DNA from: an uncultured Acidobacteriaceae bacterium
Lineage (GTDB): Bacteria > Acidobacteriota > Terriglobia > Terriglobales > Acidobacteriaceae
Reading direction: 5' to 3'
DNA: 64,000 nucleotides
Assembly (NCBI GenBank): GCA_963717225.1
Contig: CAVQWB010000034.1
Location: forward strand, 65,407-129,406
Position numbers and translations under genes: made by a program. The number at the start of each line of letters is the position of its first letter. The first letter of the stretch is position 1. The notes below the pieces were generated by a model. That model was given only the letters and a program-made list of their open reading frames with translations. It made no database searches and was not told the DNA's origin. Of this stretch, positions 1 to 9,680 are shown piece by piece.

Positions 1-33
1 ACGTCCGCCCCTTTTCCGGCCGCCGGGGCAAGG

Positions 34-1170
34 ATGCTACCCTTCAAATTGAAGCCCAGCATGCCTGAAAAAATTCTCAGTCCCGCACTCAACCCCGACT
101 CGGCCCAGCGCTCAGATCTCTCCAGCGGACGTCGCTTTGTGCGCGCCTGTCTGCGCCAGCCGGTGGACCAGACACCGGTGTGGTTTCTTCGTCAGGCCGG
201 CCGCTACATGCCGGAGTACCAGGCCGTTCGCCGCCACCATTCGCTGCTGCAGATTTGCAAAAACCCTGAGCTTGCCGCTGAAGTAACCATCACCGCCGCG
301 GAGAAGCTTGACGTCGATGCCGCCATCATCTTTGCCGATCTTCTTTTGCCACTGGAGGGCATGGGCCTCGATTTTGAGTTCCTGGCCGGGGAGGGTCCGG
401 TGATCCATCATCCGGTGCGCACCGCAGCCGATGTCGAGAAGCTGCGCATCGATCGGGCGCACGAGCTTGGCTACGTGGCCGAGGCCATACGCAAAGTCGT
501 GGCCCATTTCAAGGATCGCATCGGCATCGTTGGATTCTGCGGAGCGCCTTTCACCCTTGCCAGCTACATGATCGAGGGCGGCGGTTCACGCAACTACATC
601 TTCACCAAGGCCATGATGTACCGTGAACCATCCATTTGGCGGCTACTGCTTGAAAAACTCGCTTCGGTATTGGAAGAGTACGCCGCCCAACAAGTGGAGG
701 CGGGAGCCGACGTCATCCAGATTTTCGATAGCTGGGCCGGCGCTCTCAGCCCAACTGACTACCGCGATTTCGTTCTGCCCGTCACCACGCGTTTAGTGCG
801 CAGTGTACAGGCGCTGGGCGTACCGGTCATCTACTTCGGCGTTGACACCGCGACCCTGCTGCCGGCCATGCGCGAAACCGGCGCCGACGTTATCGGGCTT
901 GATTGGCGGGTACCATTGGACCAGGGCTGGTCCGCGCTCGGTCACGCAGTTGCGGTGCAAGGCAACCTCGACCCCATCCTGCTCTTCGCCAACGAAGATC
1001 TGCTCCGAAAACGCGTGCGCCAGATCCTCCAGCAGGCCGGCGGCCGCCCTGGACACATCTTTAATCTGGGCCACGGCATCGTTCCCGGTACGCCGGTCGA
1101 AAATGTGCAGCGAGTGGTGCAGTATGTGCGCGAGTTCAGCGCCATCACCGGAGACCATCCCCGTGCCTGA
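34..1170 (+). CDS. hemE: uroporphyrinogen decarboxylase
   Basis: Intact 378-aa ORF. It has the N-terminal PVWFLRQAGRYMPEY signature, and its length and C-terminal NLGHGI motif are typical of HemE. Its stop (1168-1170) overlaps the GTG start of the next gene. Confidence 0.93.
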   Translation: MLPFKLKPSMPEKILSPALNPDSAQRSDLSSGRRFVRACLRQPVDQTPVWFLRQAGRYMPEYQAVRRHHSLLQICKNPELAAEVTITAAEKLDVDAAIIFADLLLPLEGMGLDFEFLAGEGPVIHHPVRTAADVEKLRIDRAHELGYVAEAIRKVVAHFKDRIGIVGFCGAPFTLASYMIEGGGSRNYIFTKAMMYREPSIWRLLLEKLASVLEEYAAQQVEAGADVIQIFDSWAGALSPTDYRDFVLPVTTRLVRSVQALGVPVIYFGVDTATLLPAMRETGADVIGLDWRVPLDQGWSALGHAVAVQGNLDPILLFANEDLLRKRVRQILQQAGGRPGHIFNLGHGIVPGTPVENVQRVVQYVREFSAITGDHPRA

Positions 1171-2174
1171 TATTGCACCGCATCGCCAGGCAGTTCTGTT
1201 GCTTGCCCACGGAACGCCCCAATCACTGGATGAGATTCCCGAGTACTTGCGCAATATCACCGGCGGGCGCCCCATGCCCGAATCTGTCATCGAAGAGATT
1301 CGTCACCGTTACAGTCTCATCGGATCGAGCCCGCTGACCGAGCTCACCATGGAACAGGGGCGCCTGCTATCCCAGGCACTCGGCCTGCCGGTGTACGTCG
1401 GCATGCGCAATTGGAAACCCTATATCGCCGACGTAGTGCGCCAAATGCAAGAGGACGGCATTACCTCGGCGGTTGTTATCTGCCTGGCGCCACAAAATTC
1501 CCGTACCAGCGTCGGACTCTATCGCCGCGCTGCCTTTGCCGAAGCCGCGGGGGCCATCGAGATGGACTTCATCGATGCCTGGGCCGACCATCCACTGCTC
1601 GCCCAGGCATTTGCCGAACGGCTGCAGCCAGTGTGGCAAAGGCTCTCCGCCCGGATCGGCGGCCTGGCCCCAGTGCTCTTTACCGCCCACAGCGTGCCTT
1701 GCAGAACCATCCAGTCGCAACCCGCGGATGCTGAAGGAAAGCCGGCGCCGTCAGCCGGTCCCGACCCGTATCCCGTCGAAGCGAAGCGCACGGCGGCGAA
1801 CGTCGCTGCGCTCCTCGCGCCTTTAGGTCTCACCGCCGCCAACTGGTTCTTCGCTTTTCAAAGCCAGGGCATGTCCGGCGCAACCTGGATCGGTCCGACG
1901 GTGGAGGACACCCTCACCGCGCTGCGTCAGGAGGGCCACTCCGCGGTCGTGATCCAGCCCATCGGTTTCCTTTGCGACCACGTCGAGATTCTCTACGACA
2001 TCGATATCGGCTTCCGTGACTTCGCGGCCGGAATCGGCCTTGAGGTCGTGCGTCCCGCAGTCGCTCAACGACTCTCCGCTGCTTACGGCGACGCTGGAGG
2101 ATCTGGCCCGGCGAGGTTTCGCCCGGCTGGCGGCCAGGATTCATCCCGAGGCCCTGTCCGCGACCGCCTTATGA
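1163..2174 (+). pseudogene. hemH: ferrochelatase (coproporphyrin/protoporphyrin ferrochelatase), reading frame broken by one extra base
   Basis: GTG at 1163 starts a product with ferrochelatase motifs (LLLAHGTPQSLDEIPEYL, FTAHSVP, QPIGFLCDHVEILYDIDI). After about 2054-2057 (a CCC run) the conserved C-terminus QSLNDSPLLTATLEDLARRGF continues only in the +1 frame. That frame ends at TGA 2172-2174, overlapping the hemY ATG (ATGA). Confidence 0.85.
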
Positions 2175-3583
2175 TCGCGATCGTGGGTGGAGGCATTGCC
2201 GGCCTGGCGACGGCTTATCAACTGGCCTGCGATGGGGTAGCCTTTACCCTCTTTGAATCCTCAGAGCGGCTCGGCGGGATTGTCGAAACCGTTCATCGCC
2301 AGGGGTTCGTGATCGAGTGCGGGCCCGACTCCTGGGTCACCGAAAAGCCCTGGGCCCGCGAACTGGCCGTGGAACTCGGCCTCGAAGACCAGATCATAGC
2401 CTCCAACGATCAATGGCGGCGCACCTATGTGCAGCAAGGCAGCGTACGCCACACGCAGCTTGTCCCGATCCCGGAGGGAATGCGCATGATGGTTCCAGCC
2501 AGGTGGGGTCCGCTGCTGGAATCACCGCTTTTCAGTTGGCAGGCTCGGCTGGCCTATTTGCGCGAGCCGAAACGTGCCGAGGAGCTCAAGCAGTCCGCGC
2601 CTGCTCATGACGAATCAGTCGCCGAATTCGTAAGCCGTCACTTTGGCGAGGAAGTCGCCTCCACCATCGCGGGGCCGCTACTGGCCGCGGTATTCGGAGG
2701 CGACATTCGGCGGCTGAGTGTTCGCGCTGTCATGCCCGCCTTCGTTCGCATGGAAGCAGAGCAGGGGAGCCTGATACAAGCCGTTCAGCGCCGGGTTCCG
2801 CAATCCTCTCCCGCCATCTTCACCACCCTTGCGAGTGGTCTCGAGACTTTGGTCGATCGCATGGTCGCCAGGTTACCGGATACATCTCTACGTCTGCATC
2901 ATTCAGTTCTGGGGATTGAGTCCGTTCAGGGAGGTTGGCGAGTCACGACCGCTGGCGGCTCCCAACAATTTGACGCGGTGGTCCTCGCCACTCCGCCTGA
3001 CGTTACCGGTCCTTTGTTGCAACGGCTGAACCAGGGCGGCCGCATGGCCGATTTGCTGCCCCGGGAGGCTACGTCGGCGATCGTGGTAGCGCTGGCCTTC
3101 GCTGCCGGGCAAGGGGCGCGCCTGCGCATTCCACGTGGCTTTGGTTTCGTGGTTCCCCAGGTTTCCGGCGAAGAGCACTCACTGCTGGCCTGCACCTTCG
3201 TGGACCAGAAGTTTGCCGGCCGCGTTCCGCCTGGAGCAACTTTACTGCGGGCCTTCTTCGGCGGTCACTCGGGCGAAGCACTGCTTGATGAGCCCGACGA
3301 TAAGCTCATTGAACGCGCCCGGTTGCAACTGGGCCGCGTTCTGGGTCCATTGCCGCAAGCTGCCGAAACCATAGTGCGACGCTGGCCTCTGTCACTGCCA
3401 CAGTACGCTGTTGGTCACCTCGACCGAATGGCGGAGCTGGAATCCGTGCTGAGCCGTATACTCGGTCTGCACCTTGTGGGGAGCGCCTATCATGGAGTGG
3501 GCTTGCCCGATCTCATCCATCAGGGTCGCGACCTGGCTCGATCGATCGTCAGAACGAACCGAGCTGAGCTGAAAGCTTTGTGA
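2171..3583 (+). CDS. hemY: protoporphyrinogen/coproporphyrinogen III oxidase (HemY type, FAD-dependent)
   Basis: ATG at 2171 gives MIAIVGGGIAGLATAY (a Rossmann GxGxxG), then LGG...ECGPDS and a C-terminal GSAYHGVGLPD motif. The product is about 470 aa. This is the downstream part of the 926-aa ORF 803..3583 in the track. Confidence 0.88.
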   Translation: MIAIVGGGIAGLATAYQLACDGVAFTLFESSERLGGIVETVHRQGFVIECGPDSWVTEKPWARELAVELGLEDQIIASNDQWRRTYVQQGSVRHTQLVPIPEGMRMMVPARWGPLLESPLFSWQARLAYLREPKRAEELKQSAPAHDESVAEFVSRHFGEEVASTIAGPLLAAVFGGDIRRLSVRAVMPAFVRMEAEQGSLIQAVQRRVPQSSPAIFTTLASGLETLVDRMVARLPDTSLRLHHSVLGIESVQGGWRVTTAGGSQQFDAVVLATPPDVTGPLLQRLNQGGRMADLLPREATSAIVVALAFAAGQGARLRIPRGFGFVVPQVSGEEHSLLACTFVDQKFAGRVPPGATLLRAFFGGHSGEALLDEPDDKLIERARLQLGRVLGPLPQAAETIVRRWPLSLPQYAVGHLDRMAELESVLSRILGLHLVGSAYHGVGLPDLIHQGRDLARSIVRTNRAELKAL

Positions 3584-3825
3584 CCAACCTTTTTCACCGG
3601 GACGGCATCAGGACGAATTGTCCGCAGAGTTCCTCGGGGTTAGAAGGGCGCGGTGGTTCGTTCGTACAGCGCTCAAGCCGGTATGTCCAAAAGATACACG
3701 AAGACTATCGATAGATAACAGGTAGTGACAATTTCAGAACTGTCACCGGCGTTGTGTGCTTAGGGCAGTTACCTGTTCGGGGAAAGCTGGCCGTCTCACT
3801 TCGTACGGGATCATGGAGGAGTCCA

Positions 3826-6800
3826 GTGTCACGCATCGCGAAGATCTCTCTTTTCGTTAGCTCATGCTGCATCGCGCTCTGTCTACAACTCTTCAACCCG
3901 GCACCCACCTACGGCCAGGGCATTATCACCGGCGCTTTGACCGGTTTCATCCAGGATTCGTCCGGAGCGGTGATTCCGAACGTTCCCATTGTGGCCGTAA
4001 ATAACAGCACGAAAGCGGTCTTCAAAACGTCGACCGGTGGGGACGGAACCTTCACTCTGAGAGACCTTCCGATCGGAGACTACAACGTCGCCATCATGAG
4101 TCCTGCTGGATTCGGCCGAGCCACCGTGCAAAATGTGCGCGTGATCGCGGGCATCACCACATCGATCGGCAACCAAAAACTTCAGACCGGTTCCACCACG
4201 GAGACGGTGCAAGTGGCAGCCAGTTCTGCTTCCCTGCTGGACACGACGACCTCCGAGGGCTCGGCCACCATTGAAGCCAAGGCCCTTCAGGAACTCCCCG
4301 TTTATGGAGGGTTCGACACCACGGCCCTGCTCGTTCCGGGTATTGTCTCCACCCATTCCAACGGATTCGCGCAATCGAATGGCACCGATTACTCTTCTAA
4401 CGGAATGCGGTCCCGATCCAACAATTCAGAGCTGGACGGACAGGCAAACGACGATCTCTTGATCACCGGCCCACAGATCTACTTCTCCAACCAGGACGCG
4501 CTGCAGGAAATCCAGGTCATCTCCAACAACTTCAGCGCCCAATACGGCCGCAACGCCGGCAGCATCGTCAACTACATCACAAAGACCGGGACTAATGAAT
4601 TCCATGGATCGGGCTTCGAGTTTTACACCGGAACCTGGCTGTCGTCGCTTACCGCAGGTCAAAAAGGCCCGCAGTTTGGCTACTGCCCGCCGGGCGTTAG
4701 TCCGTCGACCGGCTGCACCAAGCCTGATGTTCCCGCTTTCACTGAAAATGCCTATGGCGGAACCCTGGGCGGCCCCATCCTCAAAGACAAACTTTTCTTC
4801 TTCGGCAGCACGTGGTGGGTGAGAACCTTTCAGGGAGCCACGCGTTACACCAGCGGAGGGACTTTATTCCCCGATGCCAATGGGCTCGCGGAACTGCAAA
4901 GCGCCTTTCCCAACAACCCAGGTATGCAGGAGTTGGTATACCAGGGCCCTTTTGCCTATAAGGCGGGGAATCCACAATCGTTCGGCCCGACCTCTCTCGT
5001 CAATGTCACCGACGGGAATATCACTGTCCCCATCGAAACTGCTCAGGTAGCGCGCAGTGTGGCGAATATCGACTTGGATCAGGAGCAGATGGGCCGCCTG
5101 GACTACCAGCCCACCAGCCAGGATCACTTCTATCTCCGCTATATCTATCAAGACACGCCGCTCATTGCCTATTTTGACGCCATGCTGGTTGCCGGTGAAA
5201 GTGTCAACGTACAAAGCACAACCCATTCGATAGGTGGCGACTGGACGCATACCTTCTCCCCACGATGGGTAGACCAGTTGCGTTATTCCTTCCAGCAGGC
5301 CCGGCTCGCGTTTGACGCCGGAGGTGTTCCGACCTGCACCATCAATGATCTGAATCCCTGCCCCTCCAACGTAAGCTTCGGCAGCTCCTTTCTGACGTTA
5401 GGCTATCCCGTAGGCTTTCCCGTCGGCCGCATTGCGAAGGTAACGCAGGTGCAGAACAATGCGAACTGGGTTGCGGGCCGCAACAACATCAGCTTCGGCG
5501 GAGAATTCGACTACCAGAACAACCCAAATATCAGCCTTCCCAATGGAGCCGGCGTCTTCAATTTCACTCCAGGAGCCTCTTCTTACCCGCTCCGCAATAC
5601 GTCGAGCTCGAGCAGCACCTACAACGGCTACACAGCTCTTTTAGAAGGAGTGTCTTTTACTTCACTCACGGCGGGTAATCCTGTCACTCACTTCACCGCG
5701 CCCAATGTCTTTGTCTACTTCCAGGATGACCTCAAATTGACGCCGAATTTCACCGCCAACCTGGGCCTTCGCTATGAGTTTTTTGGTCAGCCCGCAAATT
5801 TTTTGCATAACGCTACTGTGGCCCAACAAACGGGCAGCAATCCGTTCTGGAACACGGCGTTGCCCCTCTCGGCAACAACGTTTCCCAAAATCAGTTCTTA
5901 CTGGAACAATATCGAACCGCGTATCGGGTTCTCCTACAACCCGGAAGCAGATAAGGGACTGGTGGTGCGCGGCGGTTTTGCCGTCAACGCCGATCCGTGG
6001 TTCAACGAGATCTTCGAAACCACAGCCTCAGGTGGCCCATTCGTAAACTCAGGCACCTTCAGCTGTGATGGGCAAACGGTGACATGCCTGCCCAATGGCG
6101 GATTTACCTATGCGAATGTGCACGCACTGAACAATTCGCTGATCCCCGCAGGGGGTGATCCCCGCACCAGCCCTGAACAGGATGTGCCAACCAATTTCCG
6201 TACCGCTTTCGTCGAAACCTGGACCCTGGGCGTCCAGCACCAGGTTGGCCGGGAAAGTGCCGTAGAAATTCGTTACGTCGGCAACCACGTCGCTCACGAA
6301 TTCCAAAGAATTAACTCCAATCCGCTGATCGGCAGTAGCTCGACGTGCGTTGACCCAACTCAATCTGGGTATCTTCGTGTTAACTGCGATTACTCCCTGC
6401 GCAGCACGGTCGCCAACACTGGCTTTTCGCAGTACAACGGACTGCAAACCTCCTTCACCACTCGATCGCTGCACAATTGGAGTGGTTCCTTCGCCTATAC
6501 CTACAGCCGTACGATCGATAACGCAAGCGAGATAGACCCAACGTTCGCCGGAGGGACTACGATTGCCTATGCGCAAAACCCGCTGGATCTTTCCTATGGT
6601 GAGCGCGGTGTGAGTGGACAGTCTTACACCAACGACATAGGAACAAAGATCACCTACACTTTCCCCTTCTACAAGGAGCAGAGAGGAGTGCTGGGAAGAG
6701 CATTGGGTGGTTATCGCGTGAATGCCTTCTATACCTACAACACTGGTCAACCCTTTACTCCGTTCCAAAGCGCCTTCTCGCAGTCGCCCAACATCAATTC

Positions 6801-7344
6801 CGCCGATCCCAAGACCTATCTCAGCAATTGTGATTCAGCTTTCAACAGCTACTTCAACTCCGGTTACGATGTCTGCCGCCCTGTGCTGGCCAATCCTAAG
6901 GCTCCCATCGGATCCGTAGGCATCAATACCGGGAACGGCTATATGGATTATGCGATCGCCGGCAAGACCATCTCTCGCAACGATGTGCATTGGATCTACA
7001 ACAATCAATACGAGGCGGCAGCGCTTAATAATCCCTATCCCGGCGTAGGGCGAAATACGCTTCGCGGCCAGAATTGGAGCTCACTAGACGCCAGCATCTA
7101 TAAAGATGTCCGGCTGACCGAGCGGGTCACGATGCAGCTGCAGATAACCGCGTGGAACGCATTGAATCATGCCTATTACGCTACGCCAGATGCCTACCTG
7201 GACGACGTTCTCAAGTCCCCCGTTTCGGGTTTTCTGAATCACCATTACAGCGGGGGAGCCACCGCTACTTACGCTGCGAACGGCGCCATCGTGCCCGCCC
7301 CGGGAAACAGGAACATACAACTCGGGGGCGAGATCCGCTTCTAA
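3826..7344 (+). CDS. TonB-dependent receptor with N-terminal carboxypeptidase-regulatory-like domain
   Basis: Sits in the long ORF 3754..7344. GGAGGA at 3815-3820 lies 5 nt before GTG 3826. The product has a signal peptide and then ITGALTGFIQDSSGAVIPNVPIVAVN...GDGTFTLRDLPIGDYNV (CarboxypepD_reg). A beta-barrel follows, ending in an aromatic residue (IRF). Confidence 0.85.
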   Translation: MSRIAKISLFVSSCCIALCLQLFNPAPTYGQGIITGALTGFIQDSSGAVIPNVPIVAVNNSTKAVFKTSTGGDGTFTLRDLPIGDYNVAIMSPAGFGRATVQNVRVIAGITTSIGNQKLQTGSTTETVQVAASSASLLDTTTSEGSATIEAKALQELPVYGGFDTTALLVPGIVSTHSNGFAQSNGTDYSSNGMRSRSNNSELDGQANDDLLITGPQIYFSNQDALQEIQVISNNFSAQYGRNAGSIVNYITKTGTNEFHGSGFEFYTGTWLSSLTAGQKGPQFGYCPPGVSPSTGCTKPDVPAFTENAYGGTLGGPILKDKLFFFGSTWWVRTFQGATRYTSGGTLFPDANGLAELQSAFPNNPGMQELVYQGPFAYKAGNPQSFGPTSLVNVTDGNITVPIETAQVARSVANIDLDQEQMGRLDYQPTSQDHFYLRYIYQDTPLIAYFDAMLVAGESVNVQSTTHSIGGDWTHTFSPRWVDQLRYSFQQARLAFDAGGVPTCTINDLNPCPSNVSFGSSFLTLGYPVGFPVGRIAKVTQVQNNANWVAGRNNISFGGEFDYQNNPNISLPNGAGVFNFTPGASSYPLRNTSSSSSTYNGYTALLEGVSFTSLTAGNPVTHFTAPNVFVYFQDDLKLTPNFTANLGLRYEFFGQPANFLHNATVAQQTGSNPFWNTALPLSATTFPKISSYWNNIEPRIGFSYNPEADKGLVVRGGFAVNADPWFNEIFETTASGGPFVNSGTFSCDGQTVTCLPNGGFTYANVHALNNSLIPAGGDPRTSPEQDVPTNFRTAFVETWTLGVQHQVGRESAVEIRYVGNHVAHEFQRINSNPLIGSSSTCVDPTQSGYLRVNCDYSLRSTVANTGFSQYNGLQTSFTTRSLHNWSGSFAYTYSRTIDNASEIDPTFAGGTTIAYAQNPLDLSYGERGVSGQSYTNDIGTKITYTFPFYKEQRGVLGRALGGYRVNAFYTYNTGQPFTPFQSAFSQSPNINSADPKTYLSNCDSAFNSYFNSGYDVCRPVLANPKAPIGSVGINTGNGYMDYAIAGKTISRNDVHWIYNNQYEAAALNNPYPGVGRNTLRGQNWSSLDASIYKDVRLTERVTMQLQITAWNALNHAYYATPDAYLDDVLKSPVSGFLNHHYSGGATATYAANGAIVPAPGNRNIQLGGEIRF

Positions 7345-7471
7345 GTTCAGCATCATCGTCAGCAGCTGCGGATTGTTCCTCAGTGCGTCTCCACACGCTG
7401 TTGGTGACCCCAACATACAGGACATGAGTCCGGCTGGCGACGATGTAGACGTAGTAGTGATGTTCCTTCAC
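7265..7471 (-). pseudogene. GIY-YIG nuclease family (UPF0213-like) N-terminal remnant
   Basis: The first ~33 codons (KEHHYYVYIVASRTHVLYVGVTNSVWRR) match the GIY-YIG N-terminal motif. The rest of the 68-aa ORF is non-homologous and runs antisense into the 3' end of the TBDR gene. Its GTG start overlaps the OPT gene stop. Confidence 0.45.
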
Positions 7472-9641
7472 TCTCCGCCCTTCAACGGCTTGCGCGCAAA
7501 GTAATAAAGCGATCCCGCCAGCACTACAAACATCAGCACCGACACCCAGTCGTGGTGGAGAGGATTGGTCGCCGGAAACAACAGCACGTCCTGCCTTCCG
7601 GTTGCTGTTTCATAAAGCTTGAGCGCGACGCCGATCAGCCCCACGATGCCGCCTGCTGCGATCAGTCCACTGGCGTAGAGCGAGCCGGGGCTAACCTCAC
7701 TCTCGCTTTCGGTCTTCTCGACCGCCCTATCGATCATCCACCGCACCACGCCGCCGGCAAAAATCGCCAGCGTGGTCGCGATCGAAAGATACGCACCGAC
7801 TGCGAATGACAGAGAACGAATTCCCAAAATCTCCACCGCAATCACCAGAAACACGCCCAGCAACACCAGGCCCCAGGGCAGCTTGCGGCCCAGGATTCCG
7901 TTGACCACTGTGGCCATCAGCCGAGCCTGCGGCGCAGCAGCCTTTTCGCTGCCGATCCCCTGGATCCACTGCACCTCGATCTGTTGCGTCTGCGGATTGT
8001 AGAGATACTTGCCGTCTGCCAGCTCGGGAGAATTGAGCGCGTTCAGCAGAACATAACCATTGCCCGGACGGGTGTCGACGAGTTTGCCGGCGCTCATGAC
8101 CCGGATCTGCGCCTGGTGGAAGTGCTGTTCCTCAACCTGCACCCCACTGTGAACACCGCTGATATCCCATGGCCTCGCATGGTTTGCCGGAACTCCGCCA
8201 GCCCCTGGTTCATCAACTGCAACGTCGCCCCAATGGCCAGCGTAGAGACGCAGGCGCCAATCACCAACGCGATCTGCTGCTTGCGCGGAGTCGCACCGAT
8301 CAGAAATCCAGTCTTGAGATCCTGCGAGGTATCGCCCGCATTGGCGGCAGCGATGCACACCACGCCTCCAATGGTGATGGCCAGGGCGCCGAACGCGGGT
8401 GCCGTCCACCCTTTCACCAGAAAGATTGCCGACGTTGCCATAAGTGTGGCGATCGTCATTCCCGATACGGGATTGGAAGAGCTCCCAATCAACCCACAGA
8501 TACGCGAGGAGACAGTTACGAAAAGAAATCCGAAGAACGCTACCAGCAATGCAGCTGCGAAATTGGCGAGCCCGCTCACCTGCGCGCCAGGTACGGGCTT
8601 GAAAGTCAGGAAGATCCACATCATCAAAACCAGAACCAGCGAACCGCCGACCACTACGCTGAAGGGAAGATCGTCATCAGTGCGCAGCGGTGCTCTTTTC
8701 ACGCCGCCGCTGGCGCGCAGGTTTCCCACCGCTCCGCGCAGCGCGCTGAAGATTGTAGGCATGGTCTTGATCAGCGTGATCAGCCCGGATGCAGCCACCG
8801 CCCCGGCGCCCATCGGACGGATGTACGAAGCCCACAGATCGCTGGGAGACATCTGGGCAATTGGCTTGGTACCGGGGTAGATCGCCTGGGGAAAATGAGA
8901 ACCGAAGAAGTAGATGGCGGGCATCAGGACCAGCCAGGAGAAGACGCCGCCGGCAAACAGCAATCCCGCAATTCTGGGACCAATGATGTAGCCCACACCC
9001 AGGTATTCAGGGGTGACGTCGGCCCGGATAGCGGAGCCTTTAAACCACTGCGGCTGGTAATCCGGTGTGCCTGGCCACGCACCGAACAAATTTTCGTTCT
9101 GGAAAAAGGTGTAGAGGCCACCTAAGCCGAGACCAAGAAAGACGCGCCCGGCGAAGGAGCCTCCGCGTTCGCCGGCCAACAAAACGTCGGCGCATGCGGT
9201 TCCTTCTGGGTAAGCGAGCCGGCCGTGTTCCTCAACGATCAACTGTCGCCGTAATGGAATCATGAAGAGTACTCCCAGCAGTCCACCCAGGAGCGCCAAC
9301 AGGAAAATGCGCGAGTACTCGAGGTCGAAGCCAAGAAAAATCAGTGCCGGCAGGGTGAAGATCACTCCCGACGCGATCGACTGTCCCGAATTGCCAGTGG
9401 TTTGAACAATGTTGTTTTCGAGAATCGAGGCCCGCCCGAACGCCCGCAGCAGGCTGATCGAAAGAACAGCGATCGGGATGGACGCTCCTACGGTCAAGCC
9501 CGCGCGGAGTCCCACGTAGACGGTCACCGCGCCAAACAGCAATCCAAAAATACAGCCCAGTACCAGCGCGCGGGCTGTCAGTTCAGGGCGGTTTTCGGTA
9601 GGGGAGACGTAAGGCTGAAGATCTTCCTGCGTTTCTTGCAC
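7468..9641 (-). pseudogene. OPT-family oligopeptide transporter, split by a net -1 frameshift
   Basis: ORF 8094..9641 carries the OPT N-terminus (ELTARALVLGCIFGLLFGAVTVYVGLRAGLTVGASIPIAVL...NNIVQTTGS). ORF 7468..8619 carries the C-terminal membrane half (ARLMATVVNGILGRKLPWGLVLLGVFLVIAVEILG...). The two frames join near 8150-8200. Confidence 0.85.
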
Positions 9642-9680
9642 TCGGCGTGCCTCCGGATGGAAACACTCTAATCTATTGCC

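Noticed and set aside
803-3583. 926-aa ORF suggesting a bifunctional ferrochelatase-protoporphyrinogen oxidase that also overlaps hemE
   Set aside because: The first ~120 codons are the out-of-frame overlap with hemE. The ferrochelatase C-terminus is conserved only in the +1 frame and ends in a stop overlapping the hemY ATG. One extra C explains the read-through.
6049-6768. 239-aa minus-strand ORF
   Set aside because: It is antisense to the TonB receptor gene. The same reasoning rejects other long shadow ORFs opposite conserved genes: 26065..26901, 22225..22959, 37720..38463, 47177..47908, 11410..12138, 13812..14573, 15149..15868, 54612..55280, 55550..56227, 59437..60057 and 60171..60719.
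7984-9125. 298-aa and 318-aa plus-strand ORFs
   Set aside because: Both are antisense to the OPT transporter gene, are Arg/Pro/Ala-rich, and contain no recognisable motifs.
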